IMG/VR virus record: IMGVR_UViG_3300010430_000018
Span: 1-64,000 of that record
DNA: 64,000 nt
Source: a virus
Reading direction: 5' to 3' (one strand)
Shown here: piece by piece, positions 37,475 through 47,219 of the stretch
How positions within the stretch are numbered: the stretch's first letter is position 1
Layout of the letters: each line of letters opens with the position of its first letter
The notes under the pieces: generated by a model
Told to the model about the DNA's origin: nothing
Database searches by the model: none
The model's input: only the letters and a program-made list of their open reading frames with translations
Position numbers and translations under genes: made by a program

Positions 37475-37720
37475 ATGGGAGCATCAAAGAAAAAAATATC
37501 TTTTCCTATGAAGGATCAAAGATATGTTAGAGAAACAACTAATAGTTATTATAATCCAACTTCTGTAACTCAAGCTATTCAACAAAAAAAGAATAGAAAG
37601 GCAGTAGAAGCAAAGATTAAAATGGCTAAAAAAACAAATTTAAATCCACCACAAAAGTCTACTAGAGCTAAAGAACCTGTTCAGTCAGCTGCTTTTAAGA
37701 ATGGATATAGAAATAGTTAA
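37475..37720 (+). CDS. Small basic protein
   Basis: 81-aa Lys-rich ORF ending FKNGY. Confidence 0.6.
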   Translation: MGASKKKISFPMKDQRYVRETTNSYYNPTSVTQAIQQKKNRKAVEAKIKMAKKTNLNPPQKSTRAKEPVQSAAFKNGYRNS

Positions 37721-37725
37721 AAATT

Positions 37726-38070
37726 ATGGCACAATTAACAGCCCAACAGATATCACAATCTGGTTTAGAACCAACGTATGTCACACCCGCAGTGGGTGGT
37801 GATCAATTGGCTAATACAGGAAAAGAATTTTTTCATGTACAAAATAATGGTGCAGTTGCAATGACTGCAACTTTAGTACCTTATGTTACTACCTATGAAG
37901 ATCCTTCATTAGGTAAATTAGTTAAAGAAAATGCGGTTTTAAATTTAGCAGCAGGTGAAGAAGGTTTTTTGGGGCCGTTTGAAATTGCTGCCTTCAGTAG
38001 TACTGACGGTAATATAACAATAACATGCTCAGCTCAAACAAGTATATTGGTTGCAGCTTTGTATTTATAA
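37726..38070 (+). CDS. Small beta-rich structural protein
   Basis: 114 aa; FHVQNNGA...GFLGPF jelly-roll-like pattern. Confidence 0.55.
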   Translation: MAQLTAQQISQSGLEPTYVTPAVGGDQLANTGKEFFHVQNNGAVAMTATLVPYVTTYEDPSLGKLVKENAVLNLAAGEEGFLGPFEIAAFSSTDGNITITCSAQTSILVAALYL

Positions 38071-38081
38071 ATAATTGAATC

Positions 38082-41000
38082 ATGAGTGTATATACACAAG
38101 AAGTCTTAGGGCTATTAAAAAGAAATAAAAAGAAGACCACACTTGATAAAATCAAGGATCATTTTGAGTTTGGTAAGCTATACCGAAATAGCTCCTTAAA
38201 TACAGGGGCCGTTTATAATCCAACTATGGAACCATTTGTTATTAAATGGGGAGACTTCAAATGTGCTACAGAAGAAGGTATGGTAAGACAAGATCCTACC
38301 GGCACTGAAGAACGTTACATTACTATGTGGACAGACCCTGTCTTTCAAGGTGAATGTAGCACTGCAACTATTACTAAAACAATTATATCACAAAATGCAG
38401 CAGCAAATGAAATTAATATTGCTGGTGATTTAGATGTAGATAATAACCTAAATGTTGATGGTAATGCAGTAGTTGATCTACAGTTAACAGCTGGTTCAGC
38501 AAATATATTAGACCTTACAGATAACCGTATAGTTATAGTAGGGCCCAATGGTGAACTTGAAGATGATGCAAATTTTACTTTTGATGGTACAGAATTTAAT
38601 ATTGGTCAAGGCAACTTTACTGTTCAGGTAGGTACAGGTAATACTCAAATTATTGGTACTTTAGATGTTGATAGTCAAGCAACACTTGCTAGCGCTAACG
38701 TTGAAGATCTTACTGATAATAGAATTGTAATAGTAGGTGTTAATGGTGAGTTAGAAGATGATGCTAACTTTACAATGGATGGTACAACTTTTACAGCAAA
38801 TGTAGATGTAGTACATGGTACTGATGTAGCAGGAGTTCCAGCTACGACAACAGCTATAAACTCTAATCTTAAGTTAGAAGGTCCAGTATATGATTCACAA
38901 GGAAACATTGCACAATTATCTCAGGTATTAGTAGGGCTTGCTGATGGTAGAGTAATATGGTCAAATGATGATGTTGTTGAAGCATTGACATATGGATCAT
39001 TATGGCAAGGTAATTCAAATAATTTAAAACAAGAATTAGCAATTGGTACAGTTAATCAGATTCTTATATCTGACGGAACTACATTTTCATGGCAAGATGA
39101 CCCATATGTAGATGGTAGTGGTACACTATATAGATTACCTTTATGGACTCCTGACGGAGATTCATTAGGAGACTCTCTTTTAATACAAGATGGAGATGTA
39201 AGTACTCCAGCTACCCAAGTGCAAAATGATGGTATACTAAAGAATGTTGGTATAGTTAAATTAGACAGTGTTGCACAAGATGATACACTTACTCAAGTAC
39301 TTGTTAGAGATCCAGGCAGTGCAAATGAAGTAAAATTTAGAGACGCAGCATCAATCAAACCACAAGTTGGCTTTGATACATTAGACATGTTACCTGATGG
39401 GTGGGCATCTACTGATGGTAACTATAATGCATATGTAAAGCTTGATGACACAACAACTGCAGTCAAAAATATTAAAGATATGGATTGGCTTGTTGATGGA
39501 GATAGAGTTGTAGTAATTGCAGAGAATACTAAAACCGGTACATTATTAGCTGATAACGTTATTCAGTTCCCATCATGGCAGTATCCAGGTCCAGGTAGAG
39601 CAGTCTCTAATTTTAGTTCATGGAATCAAGCAAGTATAGGTGTTGGGTGGACGGGTGCTGTTAATAATGGATATCAGACCTCATCTATTTTATTTGGTGA
39701 AAAAATTAAATTTAAAGCAGAGATGTATGCTGTACCAGGTTCTCTAAATAATCAACTAAACTGGGATGCATGTTGCAAGATATATTCTAATAATACATGT
39801 CCTACAGGTTCAAATGGTTCAACCACTATTAATGAAGATACATCATTTAGCGGATCATTTAATGGTATTGATGATGGTTATGGTGGATATGGATTAACAT
39901 ATTCAATTGTAGCCGCTCCTTCAAATGGTACGGCAACCCTTACTGACCCTAGCACAGGAGCTTTTACATATACACCCAATGCTAATTACTTTGGTACAGA
40001 TGTTATTAAATGGGAAGTTACAGATGGGTATTGTACTAGTAATCAATATACTTTTACAATTACAATTAATGCTGTAGACGATGCTCCAGTATGGACATCT
40101 ACTGATCCTGTAACTGCAAATACATATCCAACCCTAACAGGTGGTGATACATGGACTTATAATTGGACAGTAGCTGATGCAGACACTCCATGTGCAAGTT
40201 TAACTTTCCCATCTCAAACTATACCAAGCTGGTTAACGTTTACTAATAATGGAGACTGTACCGGAACACTCTCTGGAACTTTTCCTAATACTGGTGGTAC
40301 ATTTTCAGTTCAACTAAATGTTAGTGATGGAACAAGTACTGCTTCACAGTCTTTTGAAATTGGAGGGTTAGCAGTAGATAATGATACATACTTTGTGAAT
40401 TGGTTTGATGGTTCTGGATCAATGGATGATACAGGTAGAATTCTTTCACAACTTTCTAGTACAGCTACTGTGATAGCTAAATCTAATGGAAGTGGTACTG
40501 GAACACCTAACTTAACACTTGAAGCTGGTGTTGCAAATGATGTAGGCATGTATGTAGATGATCCATCAGGAGATGCATTTAATGGTTATGAACTTCTTGT
40601 AGTTGGTATGACTGTTTCTGGTACTGGTATACCTGCAGGAACAACAATAACAAACGTATCAGCAGGTTCACCTTCGGTAACCTTAAGTAATAATCATACA
40701 ACTGGTGCTAATGCTGTAATTACTTTTGCTAGAACAGCCGCACAAAAAACTACTGACTATAATGATGTAAGTACATTTAGAAACTTACTTCAAGATTTTT
40801 ATGCTACAGGAGGAACTGAAAGCAGTGGCAATACAGATTCAGCTACAAATGGTGCTGACAGATATGATACTCACGTAAAATTTGGATGGGATCAATATCC
40901 TACTGAAGGTAATGGAGAAAGACAAATACAATATCTGGCCAACTTAGGTAACCCAATTAACACAGCTGCAGGACAGCTTTTTGAAAGTGCTTCTACAGTT

Positions 41001-41456
41001 GTAATAATGGCATGGGGTGATGAATCAGATAACTGGTATTACTCAAATACTGGAACTGGAACTTTATTTACTGATCCTACTTCAAGTTTTGGTTTAAGAG
41101 TTGCTAATGATGTAGCAGAAGTACAACAATTTATAACAACGTCAGAAACTAATGCTGGTAGTAATCAAATTTATAGAGGTATTTGGTTTAGTGTTGCTAA
41201 TAATACCCCTTATAGACAGATTGGTGAAGGATTACAAAATGGTATAAGTCCTAACTCACAATTTACAGGCACTTGGACTGATGCTGATTTATTAACAGCT
41301 CAATCATCCGGTTCTCCTACAAGAATACAATATGCAGGACAGACAGGAGACACAAACTATCCAACCGGTATTACTGCAAATAATACTACAGCAGGGTATT
41401 ATAGAGGCGTAGTACTTGCCAAATTACAAGATAGTGGATTTACAACTTTAACCTAA
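38082..41456 (+). CDS. Fibre/receptor-binding protein with tandem repeats, Ig-like (Big_9/cadherin-like) domains and a C-terminal VWA-like domain
   Basis: INEDT...FTYTPNANYFGTD...NAVDDAP; PSWLTF...GTLSG; FDGSGSM. Confidence 0.7.
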   Translation: MSVYTQEVLGLLKRNKKKTTLDKIKDHFEFGKLYRNSSLNTGAVYNPTMEPFVIKWGDFKCATEEGMVRQDPTGTEERYITMWTDPVFQGECSTATITKTIISQNAAANEINIAGDLDVDNNLNVDGNAVVDLQLTAGSANILDLTDNRIVIVGPNGELEDDANFTFDGTEFNIGQGNFTVQVGTGNTQIIGTLDVDSQATLASANVEDLTDNRIVIVGVNGELEDDANFTMDGTTFTANVDVVHGTDVAGVPATTTAINSNLKLEGPVYDSQGNIAQLSQVLVGLADGRVIWSNDDVVEALTYGSLWQGNSNNLKQELAIGTVNQILISDGTTFSWQDDPYVDGSGTLYRLPLWTPDGDSLGDSLLIQDGDVSTPATQVQNDGILKNVGIVKLDSVAQDDTLTQVLVRDPGSANEVKFRDAASIKPQVGFDTLDMLPDGWASTDGNYNAYVKLDDTTTAVKNIKDMDWLVDGDRVVVIAENTKTGTLLADNVIQFPSWQYPGPGRAVSNFSSWNQASIGVGWTGAVNNGYQTSSILFGEKIKFKAEMYAVPGSLNNQLNWDACCKIYSNNTCPTGSNGSTTINEDTSFSGSFNGIDDGYGGYGLTYSIVAAPSNGTATLTDPSTGAFTYTPNANYFGTDVIKWEVTDGYCTSNQYTFTITINAVDDAPVWTSTDPVTANTYPTLTGGDTWTYNWTVADADTPCASLTFPSQTIPSWLTFTNNGDCTGTLSGTFPNTGGTFSVQLNVSDGTSTASQSFEIGGLAVDNDTYFVNWFDGSGSMDDTGRILSQLSSTATVIAKSNGSGTGTPNLTLEAGVANDVGMYVDDPSGDAFNGYELLVVGMTVSGTGIPAGTTITNVSAGSPSVTLSNNHTTGANAVITFARTAAQKTTDYNDVSTFRNLLQDFYATGGTESSGNTDSATNGADRYDTHVKFGWDQYPTEGNGERQIQYLANLGNPINTAAGQLFESASTVVIMAWGDESDNWYYSNTGTGTLFTDPTSSFGLRVANDVAEVQQFITTSETNAGSNQIYRGIWFSVANNTPYRQIGEGLQNGISPNSQFTGTWTDADLLTAQSSGSPTRIQYAGQTGDTNYPTGITANNTTAGYYRGVVLAKLQDSGFTTLT
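38490..38790 (+). repeat. Two-copy intragenic repeat with ~65-aa period
   Basis: DLTDNRIVIVG(P/V)NGELEDDANFT(F/M)DGT at 38511 and 38706. Confidence 0.85.
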
Positions 41457-41463
41457 AAATAAA

Positions 41464-41482
41464 GGGCACTGTAATGGTGCCC
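41464..41482. terminator. Hairpin at the junction of the convergent arms
   Basis: GGGCAC-tgtaatg-GTGCCC; A tract on the left reads as a U tract on the minus strand. Confidence 0.65.
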
Positions 41483-41622
41483 TATAACTTAGCAAATAAA
41501 GAAATAAATTCATAGACTTGATAGCTCATTAAACGTTCATTTGTTTTATCATCATACCAAGTATTATTTTTTTTTGTAACGGAATTACCTGTTACGTGAC
41601 TTCTATATATTTTATTTCTCAT
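41482..41622 (-). CDS. Small hypothetical protein (46 aa)
   Basis: MRNKIYRSHVTGNSVTKKNNTWYDDKTNERL...; overlaps the end of the upstream gene. Confidence 0.45.
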   Translation of the reverse strand: MRNKIYRSHVTGNSVTKKNNTWYDDKTNERLMSYQVYEFISLFAKL

Positions 41623-41896
41623 TTTCTAGTTCTTTTTCTAAGCATGCGAGTGCACGCCATGCTACTTTAGCCGTATGACGAATTCCGTCATCATCTATAG
41701 TGCCAGCATCAATTAAATGTCTAGCGAGTGCATCATAATCATCTTTTGATTTATTACGATCCCAATGTAATGGTTTATCAGGATGATGCTGTTTGTTTCC
41801 TTGTAAAGAAACTCTTGCTATTTCCATAATTGCTTTAGGAAAATACTTTATAACACCAGTAAAGACCGGTCTTTCTTTTCTATCTTTTGCGTTCAT
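41612..41896 (-). CDS. dATP/dGTP diphosphohydrolase-like protein (DUF5664)
   Basis: PKAIMEIARVS..GNKQH...W...DALARH...DDDGIRHTAKVAWRAL; start likely 41896. Confidence 0.75.
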   Translation of the reverse strand: MNAKDRKERPVFTGVIKYFPKAIMEIARVSLQGNKQHHPDKPLHWDRNKSKDDYDALARHLIDAGTIDDDGIRHTAKVAWRALACLEKELENEK

Positions 41897-41984
41897 TATT
41901 AATTCTTTTTTAAAGGGAGAAATTAAAGGAGAAGGGGAATAAGAATGCAAAAACTTATCCCCCTGTTGGTTTACATCTCCCGGA

Positions 41985-42062
41985 CTAAAACTTGTCCATG
42001 TTGTTATTATGAGTTATGTAAAAACAAAATATAATTCCAAAAATGATAAGGAACCAAATCAT
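41985..42062 (-). CDS. 25-aa single-TM peptide
   Basis: MIWFLIIFGIIFCFYITHNNNMDKF. Confidence 0.4.
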   Translation of the reverse strand: MIWFLIIFGIIFCFYITHNNNMDKF

Positions 42063-42064
42063 AG

Positions 42065-42964
42065 TTACCTTCCCATAAATATATCTTGAACTAGTCTTTT
42101 TTCTGTTACATCCTCATCTATTTCTATAGCCCAGTCTGTATCAGTATTATCAATATCTAATTCACTATTATCATTATTTAGTTCATATGCTTTTAAATTA
42201 TTAGGATTCAATACCCTATTATTTAAACATTCAGCTGTCATAAAATCATGAAAGTTCTGTTGGTCATTTAACCAATCCCGTGGGTGAGCTTTCTTTAATG
42301 AGTGTGTAACATGATTATAAAAGGCCCAAGCGCTTGCATTAATTTCTGTTTCACCATAATCAAATGATGGTTTATCCATCTCTTTTTTAAGACATGTCAT
42401 TTGCTGTGTATCAAGCATATCCTCCTCAATAAAAAGTCTTCCTGCAAGTTCTGACTGTTGCTGACAATTTAATTTTATTGACTTAAACATATCTTTGTCT
42501 GTTATTAACCTCTTGTAATACTTCTCACCATTTTTAATTTGGCTAGCAATTTGGTTTCTAACGTCCATATCTGCTGATCCAGTATGTTTTCTTTTAAAAT
42601 TATACATATCTCCAGCTACCATCCCATTAGAACAAACTTTTACATAAGCTCCAATAGAACATTGAAATCTTGTACTTTTATCATATGAATTAGTCCAAGT
42701 AAACATCATACCTAATTCTGATTCACTATTTACAGCGTCATCAGTTGAGTTAGGTATTATATAATATATGCCACGGGCAACGTTAGCATTCATATTACAT
42801 GTATATAATTGTTCTGTAACAGTAAATCCACTATTCTCAAGTAGATTTAAAGTGTTGTCTATCACTGTTTTATGTGATATTACTGTATAGCTCTTACCAT
42901 GATTAGGTAAGGGCGCATTTTCTAGATAAGATCTAGTTGTATCAATTGGTTTTTTATATCCCAT
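42065..42964 (-). CDS. DUF932/DUF945-family protein
   Basis: NSYDKS...VKVCSNG...RKHT...SAWAFYNHVT. Confidence 0.75.
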   Translation of the reverse strand: MGYKKPIDTTRSYLENAPLPNHGKSYTVISHKTVIDNTLNLLENSGFTVTEQLYTCNMNANVARGIYYIIPNSTDDAVNSESELGMMFTWTNSYDKSTRFQCSIGAYVKVCSNGMVAGDMYNFKRKHTGSADMDVRNQIASQIKNGEKYYKRLITDKDMFKSIKLNCQQQSELAGRLFIEEDMLDTQQMTCLKKEMDKPSFDYGETEINASAWAFYNHVTHSLKKAHPRDWLNDQQNFHDFMTAECLNNRVLNPNNLKAYELNNDNSELDIDNTDTDWAIEIDEDVTEKRLVQDIFMGR

Positions 42965-42984
42965 AGTTTTAAACTTTTAAAGTG

Positions 42985-43015
42985 TAAATATAGTTAATTA
43001 ATCTGACTCAACAAA
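42985..43015 (-). promoter_or_regulatory. Bacteroidota sigma-A type promoter
   Basis: Minus strand TTTG-N19-TATATTTA. Confidence 0.6.
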
Positions 43016-43351
43016 TTAATATCCTTTTTCTTTTAGAAATTTTTTGACACAGTCTGGACAAGGTTTGACATTTTTCTTTACCCATATTAGATAGTTCAAG
43101 GGTATATTCTTAGGTTTTTTACCCTTGTACTTGCCAAAACTTAATGTAGGCCTTCTATCAGGCTTTATCATTCTTGTATTTCCATCTTGATTCCAAGACA
43201 TTCTAAATGTAAATTGTTTATTATTGTGTGTGACTGTAGTTTTATCTTTTATAGATTTATTAACTTTAGTAATTGGTATTTTAAAGTATTCTGAGGCCAG
43301 TTTTTTAGATTCAAACTGTTGTCTACTCTTCCATTCTATTATAGATATCAT
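43016..43351 (-). CDS. NUMOD1-like HTH fused to DUF3820-like (FGKYKG) domain
   Basis: FESKKLASEYFKI; LSFGKYKGK...IPLNYLIW; start uncertain (43351 or 43390). Confidence 0.55.
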   Translation of the reverse strand: MISIIEWKSRQQFESKKLASEYFKIPITKVNKSIKDKTTVTHNNKQFTFRMSWNQDGNTRMIKPDRRPTLSFGKYKGKKPKNIPLNYLIWVKKNVKPCPDCVKKFLKEKGY

Positions 43352-43631
43352 ATAATTGGTATTTAGTAAAGAGTTCATCTCCTTTTTCAATAAATTTTAA
43401 TGTAGTAAGACGTATAACATTTCCTACAACTATTAACTGTACATTAGGTTTATTATTATGATTTATAAATCCACCTAATGGAGTTCTAATATAATTATTC
43501 TCAAAATTTTCATCATAGACATGTGTTATCCCAAGCTCAATACCTTTAACAATATCTTGTTTAGCAAACAACCCCAAGCCATGAATAGGAGAGTCTTTTA
43601 TAGTTAGACTCTCCGGTAATGGTTTATACAT
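43323..43631 (-). CDS. SET-domain protein (putative lysine methyltransferase)
   Basis: SPIHGLGLFA..DI..G, GFINHNNKPN, IEKGDELFTKY. Confidence 0.85.
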   Translation of the reverse strand: MYKPLPESLTIKDSPIHGLGLFAKQDIVKGIELGITHVYDENFENNYIRTPLGGFINHNNKPNVQLIVVGNVIRLTTLKFIEKGDELFTKYQLYDIYNRMEE

Positions 43632-43632
43632 A

Positions 43633-45624
43633 TTAAAATAATTTTAACTGATTATTGTTGACGGTGATAATACTATTTATCTCAGACTCTATAGCTTGCA
43701 TATAATAAGACTTATTAATTTTATAGTTTTCCCATTTAGGTTCTACCTCCATCTTATTAAATATAGTTTGTAACCACTGGCCTGATTCTAATTGTATTTC
43801 TCTACCATCATTTTTATTTACTTTAATTACTTTTTTACCTGCAGTAGATATAAAATATCTATTTATCTTTTGTAATTCATCTTCTACAAAAGAACCATCT
43901 TTTAAATATCTTGCTACTTGTTTCCAATCTCCTTTTGATTTTCCACCAATACAGTAATCTAAGATGTTTTTATTTTTATCTAAATAATCTTCTGGTAATA
44001 CATCATGTACAAAGTAATAGTAAATTGCTTTAGGTATAACTAACTTTGATTTATTCTTGTGTAATTGTAAATTATAAAAATCAAAACGTCCCTTTAGCTT
44101 TACAGGAGCAAAACTAAATTTGTCTTTGTCTACCTTATATAAATAATGTGGTTGACTTTGTTTTAGCTCTCTCCATTTAGTAATATCTACCTCTACAAAA
44201 TTGTTTACACCAATGTAATTATTTACATCAGCAAGTACAAGTTTTTGATATTCATCATGTTCAAGATTGAGATTCGTCTTATCCTCCCATTCTTTACATA
44301 TTTCCATATATAAATCAATGTGCTCTCTAGGTATTATTGTTTCAACACCATCTGTATTTTGTAATAAAGCAACAGCACCTGGAATTCTTTCCATTATCTG
44401 TTCATATAACATCATAAGAGTCAACTGACCATTAATAGTTATACGTAAACAAAGCTCAGGATCATAGAAAAAGCTATTAATATCATTGCTAAGACCAAAA
44501 GTAGAGTTAAGTATAATCTTATATACATAATTCATTGGATTGCTCTTAGGGATCTTCTTACGCTCTTCAAAGAACCATTCATACTGATTACAAAATTCTT
44601 CTTTGGGAAAGTGGCCAGGTGACCATTTATTTTTAATAGCTAGATTAGGATAAAAACTAGTAACATCAGATGATAGTATCACAAGATCTTCAGAGCTTTC
44701 ATATATACCTTTCTTTGCTGCACCGTGTGCACCACCTAAACCAAAATGTGTTTTAACACCTTTATAATCTATTTTATATTTAAAACTACCTTTAAGATTG
44801 CTAGCATTAACTTCTAATGCATTAAATCTAGCATGTAGAGACTTAAATTCATCTGACGTAAACGATACACAAGGTAAAATTATATCTGATACTTTTATTG
44901 TATCTCTATGTGTTCTCATTTTCCTTAAATCTCTTTTAGGAATATTAAGATTTTGAGATAGATAGTAACCAAATATTTCTTTACTAATTCTTGGCTCAGA
45001 GGCACTAAACATATTTATATTATATGTCATTGTAAGCTCTTTTCTAAGCCCTATTTGTGATTTAGATCTATTATATATCTCTTTAGTTGATCTAACATCA
45101 TTGATACAGTACTCAAGAATAGTATTAATCTGTTCTTGTGTAGTTATCTCTGTCTCATGATGAATAGGCATATCAAGAATGTTTTCCCAATCCATACTAT
45201 ACTGTATCCATTTAAGACTAGAGCGTTTAGCCGGGTTGTCCCAATGATGCAATTTAAAAACATCTATTTGACCAATCTTCATTTTCCATTGTGGATAATC
45301 ACTAAATTCTTTTTTATTAGATTTTTGAATACAAAGTTGAGCATATCTATAAATAACATTAGCAACCTCACAACCACTGAGATCTGACCAATCTTGATGA
45401 TTATCTATTATATAGTGAGTGACTTGACCATCAAAGGCCAATCCGTTATAGGATATATGCCACTCTTTGTTATTAATATTATCTTCTAAAAAAGATATGA
45501 AATCATTTATATCATTACGCAGGTCATGTATAACAAAGACTTTAGTTTCCGTAGTCTTATAATGTTCAAATACCCCTGTAAAACAATTCTTTAATGTTTC
45601 ATAATCCATTACCCAATGTCTCAT
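43633..45624 (-). CDS. polB: Family B DNA polymerase with 3'-5' exonuclease
   Basis: DYET, YNGLAFD, YCIND exonuclease motifs; SDVTSFYP, KIILNSTFG, NTDG polymerase motifs. Confidence 0.92.
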   Translation of the reverse strand: MRHWVMDYETLKNCFTGVFEHYKTTETKVFVIHDLRNDINDFISFLEDNINNKEWHISYNGLAFDGQVTHYIIDNHQDWSDLSGCEVANVIYRYAQLCIQKSNKKEFSDYPQWKMKIGQIDVFKLHHWDNPAKRSSLKWIQYSMDWENILDMPIHHETEITTQEQINTILEYCINDVRSTKEIYNRSKSQIGLRKELTMTYNINMFSASEPRISKEIFGYYLSQNLNIPKRDLRKMRTHRDTIKVSDIILPCVSFTSDEFKSLHARFNALEVNASNLKGSFKYKIDYKGVKTHFGLGGAHGAAKKGIYESSEDLVILSSDVTSFYPNLAIKNKWSPGHFPKEEFCNQYEWFFEERKKIPKSNPMNYVYKIILNSTFGLSNDINSFFYDPELCLRITINGQLTLMMLYEQIMERIPGAVALLQNTDGVETIIPREHIDLYMEICKEWEDKTNLNLEHDEYQKLVLADVNNYIGVNNFVEVDITKWRELKQSQPHYLYKVDKDKFSFAPVKLKGRFDFYNLQLHKNKSKLVIPKAIYYYFVHDVLPEDYLDKNKNILDYCIGGKSKGDWKQVARYLKDGSFVEDELQKINRYFISTAGKKVIKVNKNDGREIQLESGQWLQTIFNKMEVEPKWENYKINKSYYMQAIESEINSIITVNNNQLKLF

Positions 45625-45639
45625 ACTTTCATAACTTAT

Positions 45640-45849
45640 TTATTTAATAATTTCTACTTCAGCCCATGCTACTAAATGTACTACTTCATTATCACTATTA
45701 GTACAATAACTATACATTCCATCTACATGGCTAAAATTTAACACTTCTTGCTCTTCAATATTTTGAGCAGCGGGAGGTGTTTTAATATCTCCTAATACTC
45801 TGATTTTACTATTTCTAGGTACATCGTATAATTTCATATTACTTATCAT
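45640..45849 (-). CDS. Hypothetical protein
   Basis: 69-aa ORF; HVDGMYSYC. Confidence 0.55.
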   Translation of the reverse strand: MISNMKLYDVPRNSKIRVLGDIKTPPAAQNIEEQEVLNFSHVDGMYSYCTNSDNEVVHLVAWAEVEIIK

Positions 45850-46136
45850 TCAAAAGATTTTCATTATTATAATTCTCAATTGCTGTAACTTTTGCATCAC
45901 TTAAAAGATCCATGATACAATCATAAATACTTTCTACAGCCTTTAATTGATCAGGATCTAAAGATTTATTAATCTCTTTATCATATCTTTCAACAGCATT
46001 AATTACTTGTTTAACTCTGTATTTAGCTTTATGTTTATGAAGAAATTGCAAACCATGTGCAGTTTCTGACATGCATTTATTTAATGCAAATAATATATTT
46101 ACTTCTAATGATTCCTCAGCAGTTAATTCAGTCATA
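45839..46136 (-). CDS. Hypothetical helical protein
   Basis: ORF track start 46156; the internal Met (MTELT, ~46135) is more plausible, downstream of the terminator. Confidence 0.55.
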
Positions 46137-46154
46137 TTATTGTTTATTAGTGCC

Positions 46155-46188
46155 AAAAAAAGCCCAAATCAATGGGCTTTCTTTTTTA
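46155..46188. terminator. Intrinsic terminator, potentially bidirectional
   Basis: AAAAAAAGCCCA-aatcaa-TGGGCTTTCTTTTTT. Confidence 0.75.
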
Positions 46189-46211
46189 AGTCAATAGAGT
46201 CAACCAATGAA

Positions 46212-46631
46212 CTATTGACCAGGTAGTATAATATTAGATTTTTTAGTTTCTTTTAAATCAACATTTAAGAATGAACTATAATCAAATTGTTCTGCATTTA
46301 CTGCAAACATATTAATAAATAATTCAATATCATTTTTATCTTGTAAATAAAATTCTGAAAAAGTATCAACAAGTCTTCTTTCTTCTTTATGGGTTTTACC
46401 GGTTTGTTGATTTGGAGCTTTTAATCTTACAGGTTGACCTGTATCATCTAGTTTTGGTACCATGTGGTATGATTGTTTCATAACCTTACTGATAACTGCT
46501 AATACGCCTGATGATGGGTCAAACATAGCTTCTACATATGGTGAGTCAATACTCACTGGAATAAGTGTAAATGATTTTGCATTTCTGAATGCTGAATTTA
46601 CCAGCATCATATTTTGTCCTATTTGTGTCAT
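46212..46631 (-). CDS. Hypothetical protein
   Basis: 139-aa ORF with its own promoter and terminator. Confidence 0.65.
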   Translation of the reverse strand: MTQIGQNMMLVNSAFRNAKSFTLIPVSIDSPYVEAMFDPSSGVLAVISKVMKQSYHMVPKLDDTGQPVRLKAPNQQTGKTHKEERRLVDTFSEFYLQDKNDIELFINMFAVNAEQFDYSSFLNVDLKETKKSNIILPGQ

Positions 46632-46642
46632 TGGTTTAATTT

Positions 46643-47218
46643 TTATTTAGCCAAAGATATGGAACTTTTTTTTAATAATTGAAAGATTATTTGACTATTA
46701 TCTATTAAAGTTTCTTTTTCTAAGTCTGGTGGATCACATACTTCGTATGTGTTTTCTATTAATTCCACATCTACCCCTAACTCATCAGCATATTCTTCAT
46801 GTGCTGTGTCTGGAGATAAAAATCCTTTTACGTATGATGAAATCTTTTCTTGTGATCCAAAGAAATCAACTATATTAATTTTACTATTTAATGATAGTTT
46901 AGAATATGAACCTTTAATAAAATGCTCAAAGTCATATCTCAATGATTTATAATCAAATATAAATAAATGTCTATTATCATTTAACTCAATATAATCTTCA
47001 AACATTGTGTGATTTTGAAGATAATTAAAAGAAAACTTTCTAAATTCAGGGGTCATTTTTGTTTTATATTCACACATGAATTTATTATCATCAAGAGCAA
47101 AAACATTATCCCATGCAATATAAGTTTGCACGGGAACATGTGTTACGCCTTTCCTAATCTTTAATAAAGGATATAAAAAGACTTTGCTCTTTTGAAAATA
47201 ATCTGTATAGACCCCCAT
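46643..47218 (-). CDS. Conserved phage hypothetical protein
   Basis: 191 aa; FLYPLL...F.KGSYSKLS motif. Confidence 0.6.
   Translation of the reverse strand: MGVYTDYFQKSKVFLYPLLKIRKGVTHVPVQTYIAWDNVFALDDNKFMCEYKTKMTPEFRKFSFNYLQNHTMFEDYIELNDNRHLFIFDYKSLRYDFEHFIKGSYSKLSLNSKINIVDFFGSQEKISSYVKGFLSPDTAHEEYADELGVDVELIENTYEVCDPPDLEKETLIDNSQIIFQLLKKSSISLAK
46652..46659 (-). promoter_or_regulatory. -7 element TATCTTTG
   Basis: TAnnTTTG 20 nt upstream of ATG 46631. Confidence 0.5.
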
Positions 47219-47219
47219 A

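Noticed and set aside
38082-41456. Diversity-generating retroelement target
   Set aside because: No reverse transcriptase and no adenine-variant TR/VR repeat pair seen; the internal repeat differs at ordinary synonymous positions
41612-41896. Modified-base (e.g. dZ or deazaguanine) genome implied by DUF5664
   Set aside because: No purZ, queuosine-pathway or base-modifying genes are recognisable in this window
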